Source: Candidatus Bathyarchaeota archaeon
GTDB taxonomy: Archaea; Thermoproteota; CALKCG01; B24; DRYS01
Length of the DNA stretch: 64,000 bases
Assembly: GCA_018396535.1 (NCBI GenBank)
Contig: JAGTQC010000008.1
Location: 207 to 64,206 of the forward strand
Direction: 5' to 3'
Below are positions 36,527 to 46,430 of the stretch, in pieces. The translations under genes and the position numbers were made by a program. Below the pieces are notes generated by a model that made no database searches, was not told the origin of the DNA, and worked only from the letters and a program-made list of their open reading frames with translations. The number at the start of each line of letters is the position of its first letter. Position 1 is the first letter of the stretch.

Positions 36527-37753
36527 TTGGGTCGGGAAGAATTCTTTAAAGCCATTAAGGATACTATAGAATCTATCAAGCCTATAGGTAGACGAGGGGG
36601 CTCCACTCTATTAATCCATCATGATGAAGCTGATGGTATATGTTCCGCGGCTATAGCTTTAAAAGCTTTGGAAAGTATAGGTTTTACGGTTAAATCAGTA
36701 TGCCTCGAAAAGCTCTATAGAGAGGTTCTAGAGGAGATATACAGTAAATCAGCATACGATATCATAGTATTTACAGATATCGGTAGTGCTCATGCAGGCT
36801 ATATATCCAAGTTAAACGTAGATAACATACCAACCATAATACTCGATCATCATAAACCTGAAAAATCATCTAACCCCTCCGTCTTCAATCTCTCACCGGA
36901 CCTATACGGCATAGATGGAGATGAAGTATCTGCTTCGACTGTAACATACATATTCGCTAAAACTATACATCCTAAGTTAGAGGATCTCTCGTATTTAGCG
37001 TTGATAGGTTCAGCAGAGATACCTGGGCCGCTTAAAGGCTTAGATCTGGAAGCCGCTATGGACGCTATACGTATAGGGGCTGCAGAACCATCTGGTAGAA
37101 ATGATTATAGAATCAAAGCTATGGGTAAACCTTTATCATATAAGAGGTTATCCACAATCCTATCCATATTGGGATCCGTAGGCTACTATAGAGGTGGACC
37201 TATACTCGGATTGAAAGCATGTCTTGAAGGATTAACCGATCAGATCGAAAGCTTCGCATCTAAGCTTGAAGAGGAGAGAAAGGAAGCTAACCGTAAACTC
37301 CTATCGAAATTGTATAAGAGTGGATTGAATATAGATGGTTATACACAATGGTTCCATGCTGGGAACACGTTTTCAAGTATGGGTGTTAAAGTTATCGGAA
37401 GCTTCTGCTCATACCTAAAATATCAAAGGAGTATAGTTAGGCAGGATTTATACATCATAGGTTTCATGAACATGTCTAGGGAGATACCTGGATTCAACCC
37501 TCTAAGAAGCGACTATAGTAAGATTTCAGGTAGACTTCCAGACAAGCTTGAGAGCGATGTTAGAAATGGGTTAAAACCACCGCTCTCGACTATAATCCCC
37601 ATAGCGTGCGAAGCTCATGGAGGCTTCGGCGACGGGCATATATCCGCTGCATCCGGCATCATCTTAAAGGGTAGAGAGGAGGATTTCATAGGAACGTTCA
37701 ATAAACTAATCTCAGAGTATAGTAGAGTATCAGCTAATACTAAGATAGTATAG
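36527..37753 (+). CDS. DHH/DHHA1 phosphoesterase (RecJ/GAN/Cdc45-like)
   Basis: Motifs HHDEADGICSAA, FTDIGS, ILDHH and the DHHA1 segment AHGGFGDGHISAASG. Confidence 0.75.
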   Translation: MGREEFFKAIKDTIESIKPIGRRGGSTLLIHHDEADGICSAAIALKALESIGFTVKSVCLEKLYREVLEEIYSKSAYDIIVFTDIGSAHAGYISKLNVDNIPTIILDHHKPEKSSNPSVFNLSPDLYGIDGDEVSASTVTYIFAKTIHPKLEDLSYLALIGSAEIPGPLKGLDLEAAMDAIRIGAAEPSGRNDYRIKAMGKPLSYKRLSTILSILGSVGYYRGGPILGLKACLEGLTDQIESFASKLEEERKEANRKLLSKLYKSGLNIDGYTQWFHAGNTFSSMGVKVIGSFCSYLKYQRSIVRQDLYIIGFMNMSREIPGFNPLRSDYSKISGRLPDKLESDVRNGLKPPLSTIIPIACEAHGGFGDGHISAASGIILKGREEDFIGTFNKLISEYSRVSANTKIV

Positions 37754-40165
37754 GCTATTCGTTATCTTCTCAGCTTCTTTCGGAGGTTTATCGAAAGATA
37801 CAGCCTCTAATCTATGCATCCGTTTAAGATCATCCATAAATAGTTTAATCCTATCAGATGCATAAATAATACCCTTTAGAGGGTTATTCAACGGTATTCC
37901 AATCTTCTTCTTAATCCTCCATATACCACTATTGAATTCTATTATATACTCGGTATATTCTCTAAGCTTCTCATTCACAGGCACAATTTCAGGTATTCTC
38001 TCCTTATGTACAGTCCCTCCATAGATGCTTCTCCATATAGCATCCGTTATGAATGGGCATATAGGTGCTAGTAATCTAAGGATAACCCGCAACACATAGT
38101 GTAGTGTATACCATGCAGATAGCTGTTCTTCTTTACTGAAAGTTCTATCACTATTGTATGCCCTAGGCTTAACAGCTTCGATATAGTGATCTGCGAATAT
38201 GTTCCATACAAAGTATCTTATGTTATTACTTGCTTCGAAGAAATCTAGCTTCTCATAATCTTCTACACACACTTCTACAAGTCTGTTGGCTTCAGCTATT
38301 ACCCATTCATCTATAGGTTTAAGTCTATCGGGTTTATCTACGATTGGGAATTGGGAGATAAACCTAGCTATATTCCAAAGCTTAGTTAAGAATAATCTAG
38401 CAGAGCTTAACTTAGACTCTGAGAATCTGTAATCTGATCCGAGTTTAGCCTCTGATGCAGCCCAGAATCTGAAAGCGTCGGCGCCATACTTATCTAGAAT
38501 GGGTTCAGGGTATACGACATTACCTTTAGATTTATGCATAGCTTCACCCTTCTCATCCAAACCCATACCTGAAATCCTTATATATTTGAAGGCTGGTCTA
38601 CCCGTAAGTTCATACACTCTTAAAATGGTATAGTATAGCCACGTTCTGATTATATCATAGCCTTGAGGCCTTAGCACGTTACCGGATAGTTTCTCATAGA
38701 GCTTAGGATTACGTCTATATCCTGTTATATATAGTGGGCTTATACTAGAATCCATCCAAGTATCTAGGGTCCTCTCCTCGCCTATAAGCTCCGCAGAACC
38801 GCAGTATAAGCATCTACCCATAGGAGGTTGCTCCTTCCACGGCTTATAGTACCTTCCAGGTTCAGGTAAGTTCACCCTACCACACCTTTTACAGTACCAT
38901 ATAGGTATCTCTGTACCATAGAATCTCCTTCTAGAAATGGGCCAATCCGTCTTTATACCTTCGATCCAATCTATAAGTCTCTGTTTAGCTGATTCAGGGT
39001 AGAATTTCATATTGTCTAATATCTTTATTATATCATCTAGGAAATCTACTTGTTTAAGATAGAACTCCCTCATATGTATGAACTCTATAGGGTTCTTAGA
39101 CCTCCAGCAAATCGGGACTCTATGCTTAATCCTATCGATCTTCTCGATAACCCCCATTGCTTTAAGATCCTCTATTATCCTACTTCTAGCTTTCTCTACC
39201 GTAAGACCAGCATATATCCCAGCGTTAGCATTCATACATCCATCAGGATCTATAGCTACCATAGGCTTCAATCCAAGCTCCCTGAATAATCTTATATCTA
39301 CTTGATCCCCGTAGGAGCACACCATAACTAAGCCTGTACCGAATTCAGGTTTTGCAGCTGGGTGGGGGATTATAGGTACGGTATGCCTATATATTGGTAC
39401 TATAGCTCTAGCCCCTTCTAAACCCCTGTACCTATCATCGTTAGGATTGAATATTATTGCCGCACAACTACATAGCAGTTCAGGTCTCGTAGAAGCTACT
39501 ACTATGTAGCCGCCGCCTTCGATTTCGAATCTAATGTATACTAGGTCTGTATCCTTCTCATCGCTATACTCGACCTCAGCATCAGCTATAGTCGTATGAC
39601 ATACAGGACACCAGTTCACTGGATATTCAGCTTCATAGATCATACCCTTATGCCAGAGCTCTATGAACGTCTCCTGAGTTAGACTCCTATACTCAGGGCT
39701 ATCAGTCCTGTAGTATTCTTTCAGATCGCAGCTCATCCCAAGCCGTCTAACAACCCATATAAGCTGTTTCTCTATATCATCTAGATACTCTTTACAAATT
39801 CTCTCGAAATCCTCTCTACTAACGTTATGGCAGCTTATACCATATGTTCTCTCCACTTGCACCTCAACTGGAAGACCGTTTCTATCCACGCCAAACGGGA
39901 ATAGAACGTTATACCCCTTCATTCTAAAGTATCTAGCGACCATATCTATTTGTGCATAGTGCGCAGCACCGCCAACATGCCATCTGGCAGAAGCATAAGG
40001 TGGAGGGGTATCTATAGCTATACTAGGCTTATCAGAGTTAGGGTCGAACTTGTATATTTCCTCCCTCTCCCATAGATCTATGAGATTAACTTCGAGTTCA
40101 GGCCTCCATCGACTCTCCGCTATCTTAGGTTTAAGTATTTCCTCACCCATATCTAAGCTCCTCAC
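37730..40165 (-). CDS. valS: valyl-tRNA synthetase (class Ia)
   Basis: 811 aa. PPPYASARWHVGGAAHY (HIGH region), FPFGVDRNGLPVE and MHKSKGNVV (KMSKS region). Size and motifs fit archaeal ValRS better than LeuRS or IleRS. Confidence 0.75.
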   Translation of the reverse strand: MRSLDMGEEILKPKIAESRWRPELEVNLIDLWEREEIYKFDPNSDKPSIAIDTPPPYASARWHVGGAAHYAQIDMVARYFRMKGYNVLFPFGVDRNGLPVEVQVERTYGISCHNVSREDFERICKEYLDDIEKQLIWVVRRLGMSCDLKEYYRTDSPEYRSLTQETFIELWHKGMIYEAEYPVNWCPVCHTTIADAEVEYSDEKDTDLVYIRFEIEGGGYIVVASTRPELLCSCAAIIFNPNDDRYRGLEGARAIVPIYRHTVPIIPHPAAKPEFGTGLVMVCSYGDQVDIRLFRELGLKPMVAIDPDGCMNANAGIYAGLTVEKARSRIIEDLKAMGVIEKIDRIKHRVPICWRSKNPIEFIHMREFYLKQVDFLDDIIKILDNMKFYPESAKQRLIDWIEGIKTDWPISRRRFYGTEIPIWYCKRCGRVNLPEPGRYYKPWKEQPPMGRCLYCGSAELIGEERTLDTWMDSSISPLYITGYRRNPKLYEKLSGNVLRPQGYDIIRTWLYYTILRVYELTGRPAFKYIRISGMGLDEKGEAMHKSKGNVVYPEPILDKYGADAFRFWAASEAKLGSDYRFSESKLSSARLFLTKLWNIARFISQFPIVDKPDRLKPIDEWVIAEANRLVEVCVEDYEKLDFFEASNNIRYFVWNIFADHYIEAVKPRAYNSDRTFSKEEQLSAWYTLHYVLRVILRLLAPICPFITDAIWRSIYGGTVHKERIPEIVPVNEKLREYTEYIIEFNSGIWRIKKKIGIPLNNPLKGIIYASDRIKLFMDDLKRMHRLEAVSFDKPPKEAEKITNSLYYLSIS

Positions 40166-40276
40166 GATTAAACGACCGTGGACTATATGGTTAAGATATA
40201 CACTTAGATTCGTTTAAACTTTAACTCTACCAGTCTAGTCTGTCAATAATTAGCAGACAGTATACCTCGAGTAGCT

Positions 40277-41005
40277 ATGTCTATTATAAAGCTTGCAGCT
40301 ACGGCAGATATACATGCACCTAGGTATACGAAGCTTTTTGAATATAGCTTATCGAATACAGATTTAAGCGATGTAGATATACTACTACTTGCAGGTGACA
40401 TAGTCCTTCACAACGATTATAGACAAATGGATGGAGTTATCAGTAAGATAACGGAATTCTACGATGGGCCAATCTATGCATGTTTCGGAAACGAAGAGTA
40501 TCATGGATATGAAACAGAGTATCGCAGATTAGGTAAGATAGTATGGCTTGATGACGAATCCTCCACAATAAGCTTAAATGGATTAAGGATCGGAATAGTA
40601 GGGTCAAGAGGTGCTCTAGACTCCCCTACAAATTGGCAGAGGAAGTTTAGACCGGATATAAAATCTATTTACGCTAATAAACCTTCGCTTATGGTTAAGC
40701 TGCTATCATCACTTAACGTCGATCTAAAGATAGTCCTAACACACTATTCGCCTACCTATAAGACCTTGAGAGGCGAAGATCCTAATATATGGGTGTATCT
40801 AGGATGCAAGGCTATGGAGCCTACTATAGCCTACACGAATATATGGATACATGGGCATGCGCATAAGGGTATGATAGAATCGATAAAGATAAACGGTATA
40901 CCAGTATACAATGTAAGCCTGCCCGCTAGAAAGAGAATAGTAATAATAGAGGTTAGAGCCGAAAAGAAGAGTAGAGGCTTAGATGGATTCTTCGCTAAGT
41001 ACTAG
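40277..41005 (+). CDS. calcineurin-like metallophosphoesterase
   Basis: Motifs ADIHAP, LLLAGDI, GNEEYH, THYSP and GHAH. Confidence 0.8.
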   Translation: MSIIKLAATADIHAPRYTKLFEYSLSNTDLSDVDILLLAGDIVLHNDYRQMDGVISKITEFYDGPIYACFGNEEYHGYETEYRRLGKIVWLDDESSTISLNGLRIGIVGSRGALDSPTNWQRKFRPDIKSIYANKPSLMVKLLSSLNVDLKIVLTHYSPTYKTLRGEDPNIWVYLGCKAMEPTIAYTNIWIHGHAHKGMIESIKINGIPVYNVSLPARKRIVIIEVRAEKKSRGLDGFFAKY

Positions 41006-41016
41006 ATATCTCTAGC

Positions 41017-41541
41017 CTAAAACTTAGTATACCTCCACAGTATCTCGTCCCCATCACTTACAAGCTTAAGATTAGCAGCTACCTCACCCATAACATAATC
41101 TTTAGTATCCTTTACACGTACATAGTATATCCAGTACATATTTGTCATAGGATCGTTAGCTATGCCATCTATAGAATCTACCCATATACCGAATGGATAC
41201 TCGATATACCTAACAGATGCTACAGATAATAGAGCTTGAAAAACAGTACTCCTACTTCTAGGTACAGGTACTTCTCTATACACTCTAACCGTACCATTAC
41301 CATAGTCTATAACTACATCTACAAAGTTAATTTTAGATAACCTAGCTACATACGATCCTACATCTTTTTTAAGCCTATCGTTTTCATCACTAAGAGATCT
41401 TATATCGTTTCTAAGCCTTTCATTATCCATATATAACCAGCTGGCTGCTATGGATGAGAGAAGAGCCCATATGAGTAGTATAACTACCGCGTAGCTTCTT
41501 AATTTAGATGAGCGTTTTTCCATATATGGAATTATTTCCAC
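41017..41541 (-). CDS. membrane-anchored protein with DUF4430-like (transcobalamin-like) domain
   Basis: N-terminal TM helix and coiled coil, then YGNGTV ... FQALLSVASVRYIEYPFGIWVDSIDGIAND ... YWIYYV. Confidence 0.5.
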   Translation of the reverse strand: MEIIPYMEKRSSKLRSYAVVILLIWALLSSIAASWLYMDNERLRNDIRSLSDENDRLKKDVGSYVARLSKINFVDVVIDYGNGTVRVYREVPVPRSRSTVFQALLSVASVRYIEYPFGIWVDSIDGIANDPMTNMYWIYYVRVKDTKDYVMGEVAANLKLVSDGDEILWRYTKF

Positions 41542-41560
41542 ATATGGAAAATATAAACTT

Positions 41561-42088
41561 TTACCTTATACCTAACCTCTCTAAGTATGAGACTATCGGA
41601 TGGGTAAGCATACTTAACGCTAATCCTGTTGATATCTCGTGTATGGGACCCATAGGGTATGGTGTAGGTAGAAACAATCCTAGTATAGCTACGATTAAAG
41701 CTCTTTCTATGGTCCCATAAAATGGTATTGCAAGTGCTATAGATGTTATTACATCGTAGATTAAAGTTAAGATAAACCCAGCTAAAAATAAATCCATCCT
41801 AGACATGCTTTTAGCATCCTTTAATATGGAACCTGCTAGCAATCCTACAAAACCCATACATGGGGCTGTAGCTGCGGTCCAGTAGCCTAAACCGAAGAAT
41901 ACAGAATCTGATATAAACATAGATAGGAAACCTATGAGGAATCCCATTTTACCATCTAGGAGTACCCCACCTATTATTGTTATAAAAGCAACTAGCTTAA
42001 CGTTGGGGAATGCTGCTAAAGCTATACGGCTAGCTACCGATAGAGATGTCAGCGACGCTATTAATGCTAGCTTTAAGCTTCTTCTCAT
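41561..42088 (-). CDS. ECF S-component-like small membrane protein
   Basis: 175 aa with 5-6 TM helices, adjacent to the DUF4430-like gene. Confidence 0.5.
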   Translation of the reverse strand: MRRSLKLALIASLTSLSVASRIALAAFPNVKLVAFITIIGGVLLDGKMGFLIGFLSMFISDSVFFGLGYWTAATAPCMGFVGLLAGSILKDAKSMSRMDLFLAGFILTLIYDVITSIALAIPFYGTIERALIVAILGLFLPTPYPMGPIHEISTGLALSMLTHPIVSYLERLGIR

Positions 42089-42141
42089 TCACCATATATG
42101 GATAATATTCCAGGTATATATGTCTTATCATCTATCGGTTT

Positions 42142-43314
42142 CTAAGTGGATACTGGTTGTAGAGGTCTGAGTATAAAGTTTGATCTTCTCATTAGTTCTC
42201 GTATCGGTAGTTTTTGAGGACACCTCTTTTCACATTCGCCACACCCAATACATCTACTAGCACTTCTATCTTCCGGAACTTCCTTCAGATACTCTTCAAC
42301 TATAATTCTTTTCTCTTCCTCTCTTTCTGTCATTAGTATTCTATTCATGTAACTAATTATAGTGGGTATTTCGATACCTCTCAAGCACGGTATACAATAC
42401 CGGCATCCTGTACAACCTATAAAGCCGTATTTAAGATACATACGCCTAACCCTTTCTATTATATGCAGTTCATCTTTGCTTAGAATACCTGGTTCAGCTA
42501 TATTAGCTGTAGCTATATTCTCTACGACTTGCTCAAACTTGCTCATACCGCTTAATGCTACAGTTACCTCTGGATGGTTCCAAACCCATAGTAACGCCCA
42601 TTGTGCAGGTGTTCTCTTAAAGCCTATTTCATCAAATACTGCTTGGACTTCAGGTGGAGGTGGTATCGCTAATAATCCACCTCTTATAGGCTCCATAACT
42701 ACCACGGCTAATCCCTTAGAAGCAGCATATCTGAGACCCATAGTTCCAGGGGTTCTCCTACTACTCTCTACATCTAAATAGTTATACTGTATCTGACAAA
42801 ATGTCCATCCACTATAACCGTCTATCACTTCTTTGAATATCCCGAATTCATCGTGGAAGCTAAACCCTAAATATCCTATCTTACCATCATGGATCTTCCT
42901 TTCAGCCCAATCCAGTACGTTAAGTTCTAGTACCTTACGCCATCTATCTCTGTCTAGCCCGTGCATAAGATATAAGTCTATACTATCAACTTTAAGTCTT
43001 CTCCTTTGTTCATCGAAAATCTTATCAAGCTCATCCCTAGATCTAATCATGCCTATAGGCATTTTAGTAGCTACCTTAACCTTGCCATGATATCCTTCAC
43101 TCAAAAGTTTACCTATCAGAATCTCACTATTCCCTCCATGATACATATAAGCTGTATCTATATAGTTTACACCATGATCAATAGCATACTTCATCATTCT
43201 CATAGCTTCAGGCTCATCTATCTGTCTCATATCTCCGACTACTGGAAGTCTCATAGCCCCAAATCCTAGGATCGAAGACATCCAATCAGTCTTACCAAAC
43301 CTTCTATACTTCAT
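42142..43314 (-). CDS. aldo/keto reductase with C-terminal 4Fe-4S domain
   Basis: MKYRRFGKTDWMSSILGFGAMRLP is a typical AKR N-terminus, so I prefer this start over 43404. The C-terminus has CTGCRYCIPC and CIGCGECEKRCP. Confidence 0.8.
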   Translation of the reverse strand: MKYRRFGKTDWMSSILGFGAMRLPVVGDMRQIDEPEAMRMMKYAIDHGVNYIDTAYMYHGGNSEILIGKLLSEGYHGKVKVATKMPIGMIRSRDELDKIFDEQRRRLKVDSIDLYLMHGLDRDRWRKVLELNVLDWAERKIHDGKIGYLGFSFHDEFGIFKEVIDGYSGWTFCQIQYNYLDVESSRRTPGTMGLRYAASKGLAVVVMEPIRGGLLAIPPPPEVQAVFDEIGFKRTPAQWALLWVWNHPEVTVALSGMSKFEQVVENIATANIAEPGILSKDELHIIERVRRMYLKYGFIGCTGCRYCIPCLRGIEIPTIISYMNRILMTEREEEKRIIVEEYLKEVPEDRSASRCIGCGECEKRCPQKLPIRELMRRSNFILRPLQPVST

Positions 43315-44339
43315 CCTGCACACCAGCCTGTATGACTTTAGTAGAATATTGTGATGCAATATTATAAATGTGTCGTATCTATATAGGGTGGTGTAAGCCT
43401 TCACCTAATTCGCTAATACTATTCCTAATCTTAACCAAATATCAGAATCGTGTATTCAAAAGCATTATACTCGAAGATAGAGAGCTTAGTAATTTCGTAA
43501 AGAACTAGTTATGATTGTTGGTAGACTTAGGTATAGTATCTCATAACATACGCCATAGTTCCTCATGCTATATGCTATGCTGAATTTGAGTTATCACATG
43601 ATAATCACATCTTCATATACATACTTTAAATTAAAGCTTCTTAGATGATTATACCTCAGAAGCTATCAAGTTATATAATTATGAAGCCTTAAATCTCGTA
43701 CAACATCTATCTTACTGTAATATTCATGCATCTTACACTTTTAACTATAAATACTCTACTTAATTTCAAAGAAGATTTAAGTTTAAGAAACAATTATTTC
43801 AAGCTTATCAATAGTAAAATGAATCTTCGATTAATATCTATTAAATTTTGAAGCGTACGTGCTGCTCTGCTATTTACATATAATTCTAAAGAATCTACAA
43901 GATTAGTTTACATATTACTACCCATATTCGTAAACTTCATCCATCTACACCTATACTTAACTTACACATAATTTAGCTCTCTGGATGCTTCGTGGAATCT
44001 AATAATCGTCTGCATTTTAGATATTGTAGTAACTAAAGTCTTACTTATCATACTAGCTTAGTTAGATTCACGTGTATTTTAGCTATGGCCTTCTATATAG
44101 TCGCCTTTAAATTCATTAGAATTAGATCTATATATCTGAGTCAAGTAAAATAATAATCCTAAACTATCGGTTCATAATACTTTTAATACTCTTAGAGAAG
44201 GCACCATGCAGTTTAGAGTGTTAGTAGATAATTCTATGTGTGGAAAATGTGATTTTTGTAGAACTGTTCTTTCATTACGTTAACTTTAGTTATCTTGCAT
44301 GTTATTACGTATACCTTTATAAAGCTTGGAGGATTATCG

Positions 44340-45080
44340 AGAATAACCGTATGAGAAGTATAGTTAAGATATCTATAGATTGCGTGGGGTATAGTGTACC
44401 TGAAGGCTTAACCTTGGGATAGGCTCTAAAGCTATGCGGTTATAGCTTCGACACGTTTCCAACTAGGGTCGGCCATATTCTCCTTGTGGTATTCTAGTTG
44501 ATGGAGGAGCTTATTAGATCATGTATAACCAGTGTTAGAGATGGAATAGGATCAAGACTGATTAAGTAATGTACCGCCACTTAGAATTATGGATGAGCCA
44601 TCCCCTCTACTGTTGGAGGTAAAGCGACGCCATGGTTTGAAGTTAGAGAGCCGGGTGGATTTACAGAAGTAGCTATATGGGCTATCGGATTTTAATTTTA
44701 GATGTAGAAGTTACCAGAATTATAACATAAAATAATTCATCAACCTCATATACTCCATATGAAGCTACTCTTCTTGTAACATATTATCGCAGGTTTCATA
44801 GAGTTAACGGTATAGCTATAAGCGATGGAGAGCCCCCAATAGCCGCTGGCTTATAGAATATTTGAAAAACTTAGGAGATTGAATAGCGTTAGCGAAGCTA
44901 GATTACACCTGGATAGTAATGGTACTATACTAACCTCTGACCACATAAAGTGATTTAGTGGAAACTAGGGTTAATGATGTAGGAGTTGTACCTAAAGGTC
45001 TTAGTACGTAAACTTTCATGAATATAACGGTATAAACTATAGAAAGTTAGTTGAGCTCATCAACTAAAGACCGGTTGGGT
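44340..45080 (+). pseudogene. decayed radical SAM activase-like gene (PflA/AmmeMemoRadiSam-like)
   Basis: Fragments lie in shifting frames with stops: VKISIDCVGYSVPEGLTLG*, FTEVAIWAIGF*F*M* (Cys-motif region), GIAISDGEPPIAAGL*, IFEKLRRLNSVSEARLHLDSNGTIL. Confidence 0.45.
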
Positions 45081-45413
45081 ATCGTTAAGTGTATGGTAAG
45101 GTATAAGGGTGAAGTATACGTAGGTAGGTGCAGTATACCGTATAACAGAGCTTTTATAAGCGTATAGTAACTTACCTAGATATGCTTTACATTAGCATCT
45201 ATAGATTTTGATATTCATATGCGTTCTATACTGCTTCCCAGTTTTCCATAGAAAAGATGTATGTAGATCGAGTTGTTGAGAAATGCTGAAAGTTAAGCAT
45301 GTAATTAATAATGTAGATGTAGGATTGGAATATATATCATAGTTCAGACAGTATTCGGTCATGCAAGACCGTAATATAGCATCATACCATCTAAAGCTAT
45401 CTTTGGATCGAAA

Positions 45414-45424
45414 CTTTTATATTA
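45414..45424 (+). promoter_or_regulatory. candidate TATA box for rpoK operon
   Basis: CTTTTATATTA is centred about 33 nt upstream of the ATG at 45452, compatible with a short-leader archaeal promoter. Confidence 0.3.
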
Positions 45425-45451
45425 TTAGAGTTAATAGTTTATCAAGCTCTC

Positions 45452-45811
45452 ATGCCTCCACAAATTACTTATACTAGCTACGAGATTTACGAAGGAACTG
45501 ATTCAGGTGATGTATCTGAGCCGCAGGATACTGATAGAGGAGATTCTGAGAATAGTGGTAAGATTATCGGGCCTCCTCGTTTAACGAAATATGAGAAAGC
45601 TCGTATAGTAGGTGTACGTGCTTTGCAAATAGCTATGGGTGCCCCGATCCTAATTAAGCTTCCACCAAATACTGATAAATCGCCTTTCTCTATAGCGCTT
45701 TACGAACTCGAGAAAGGTGTGTTACCCATAACCATAAGGAGAAAGCTTCCTGATGGAAGTTTTCAAGATATACCTTTAAAATGGCTTATAGAAGGTAGGA
45801 GAAATGAGTAA
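45452..45811 (+). CDS. rpoK: DNA-directed RNA polymerase subunit Rpo6 (RpoK) with acidic N-terminal extension
   Basis: The core LTKYEKARIVGVRALQIAMGAPILIKL is preceded by ~43 Asp/Glu/Ser-rich residues. Confidence 0.85.
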   Translation: MPPQITYTSYEIYEGTDSGDVSEPQDTDRGDSENSGKIIGPPRLTKYEKARIVGVRALQIAMGAPILIKLPPNTDKSPFSIALYELEKGVLPITIRRKLPDGSFQDIPLKWLIEGRRNE

Positions 45812-46394
45812 GCCTAGAATACCGCCCATACTAATCTCTATAATTCTAATAATTCTAGCTTTAGCTCTCGCTTACGGTGTATATGCTTCATTAGTATATG
45901 CATTTAAAACAAGGCATCCTATTGGCTATGTAGTAGGTACAAGTATGCTTCCGACTCTTCAACCCGGTGATTTAGTTATCATTGTAGGGGTTGAAGCTGA
46001 GGATATAGTTGTAGGTGATATTATAGTTTTTCAACCCCCCTATCGTTCTGAACCTATAATCCATAGGGTTATAGCTGTAGAAAAGATAGGTGGTAACATA
46101 TATATAACCACTAAAGGTGATAATAATCGCGTATCACTACCGGATGAGATACGCTTTCCTGTAAGTTATGTTATAGGTAAGGTTGTATATAGAGTACCTT
46201 ATATCGGGTGGATGCTCTACTTTATTCAAGCACCAGTGGTCGCTATACCTGGTATAGGCGAAGTTAAGCTGGGTTTCATATTGATAATATTACTATCACT
46301 AGTCTATATAATTCAAGATATAGTTGCTCATAGAAAGACTGAGAGATCTAAAGAAGCAGAGGACGTATGCGAGAATGCTGGGTTACAAATTTAA
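45804..46394 (+). CDS. signal peptidase I, archaeal/ER type (S26B), housekeeping copy
   Basis: N-terminal TM helix, then GTSMLPTLQPGDLVII (Ser), IIHRVI (His) and TKGDNN. Confidence 0.85.
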   Translation: MSKPRIPPILISIILIILALALAYGVYASLVYAFKTRHPIGYVVGTSMLPTLQPGDLVIIVGVEAEDIVVGDIIVFQPPYRSEPIIHRVIAVEKIGGNIYITTKGDNNRVSLPDEIRFPVSYVIGKVVYRVPYIGWMLYFIQAPVVAIPGIGEVKLGFILIILLSLVYIIQDIVAHRKTERSKEAEDVCENAGLQI

Positions 46395-46430
46395 TATAGG
46401 AGGTTTTTAAAGTTTATAAAAGAGCTTGTT

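Noticed and set aside
39968-39979. HVGG in place of the class I HIGH signature in ValRS, considered as an anomaly.
   Set aside because: As far as I recall, crenarchaeal-type ValRS commonly shows WH(I/V)G(A/G)A at this position. The rest of the enzyme, including the KMSKS-like loop, is intact, so this is probably lineage-typical.
42362-43269. Three plus-strand ORFs (139, 85 and 87 aa) opposite the aldo/keto reductase gene.
   Set aside because: These are shadow ORFs. The minus-strand product has full-length AKR and Fe-S motifs.
43405-44240. AT-rich non-coding stretches (also 55000-55390 and 59700-60470) inspected for CRISPR arrays or tandem repeats.
   Set aside because: No periodic direct repeats of 24-40 nt, or any other tandem periodicity, were visible by eye.
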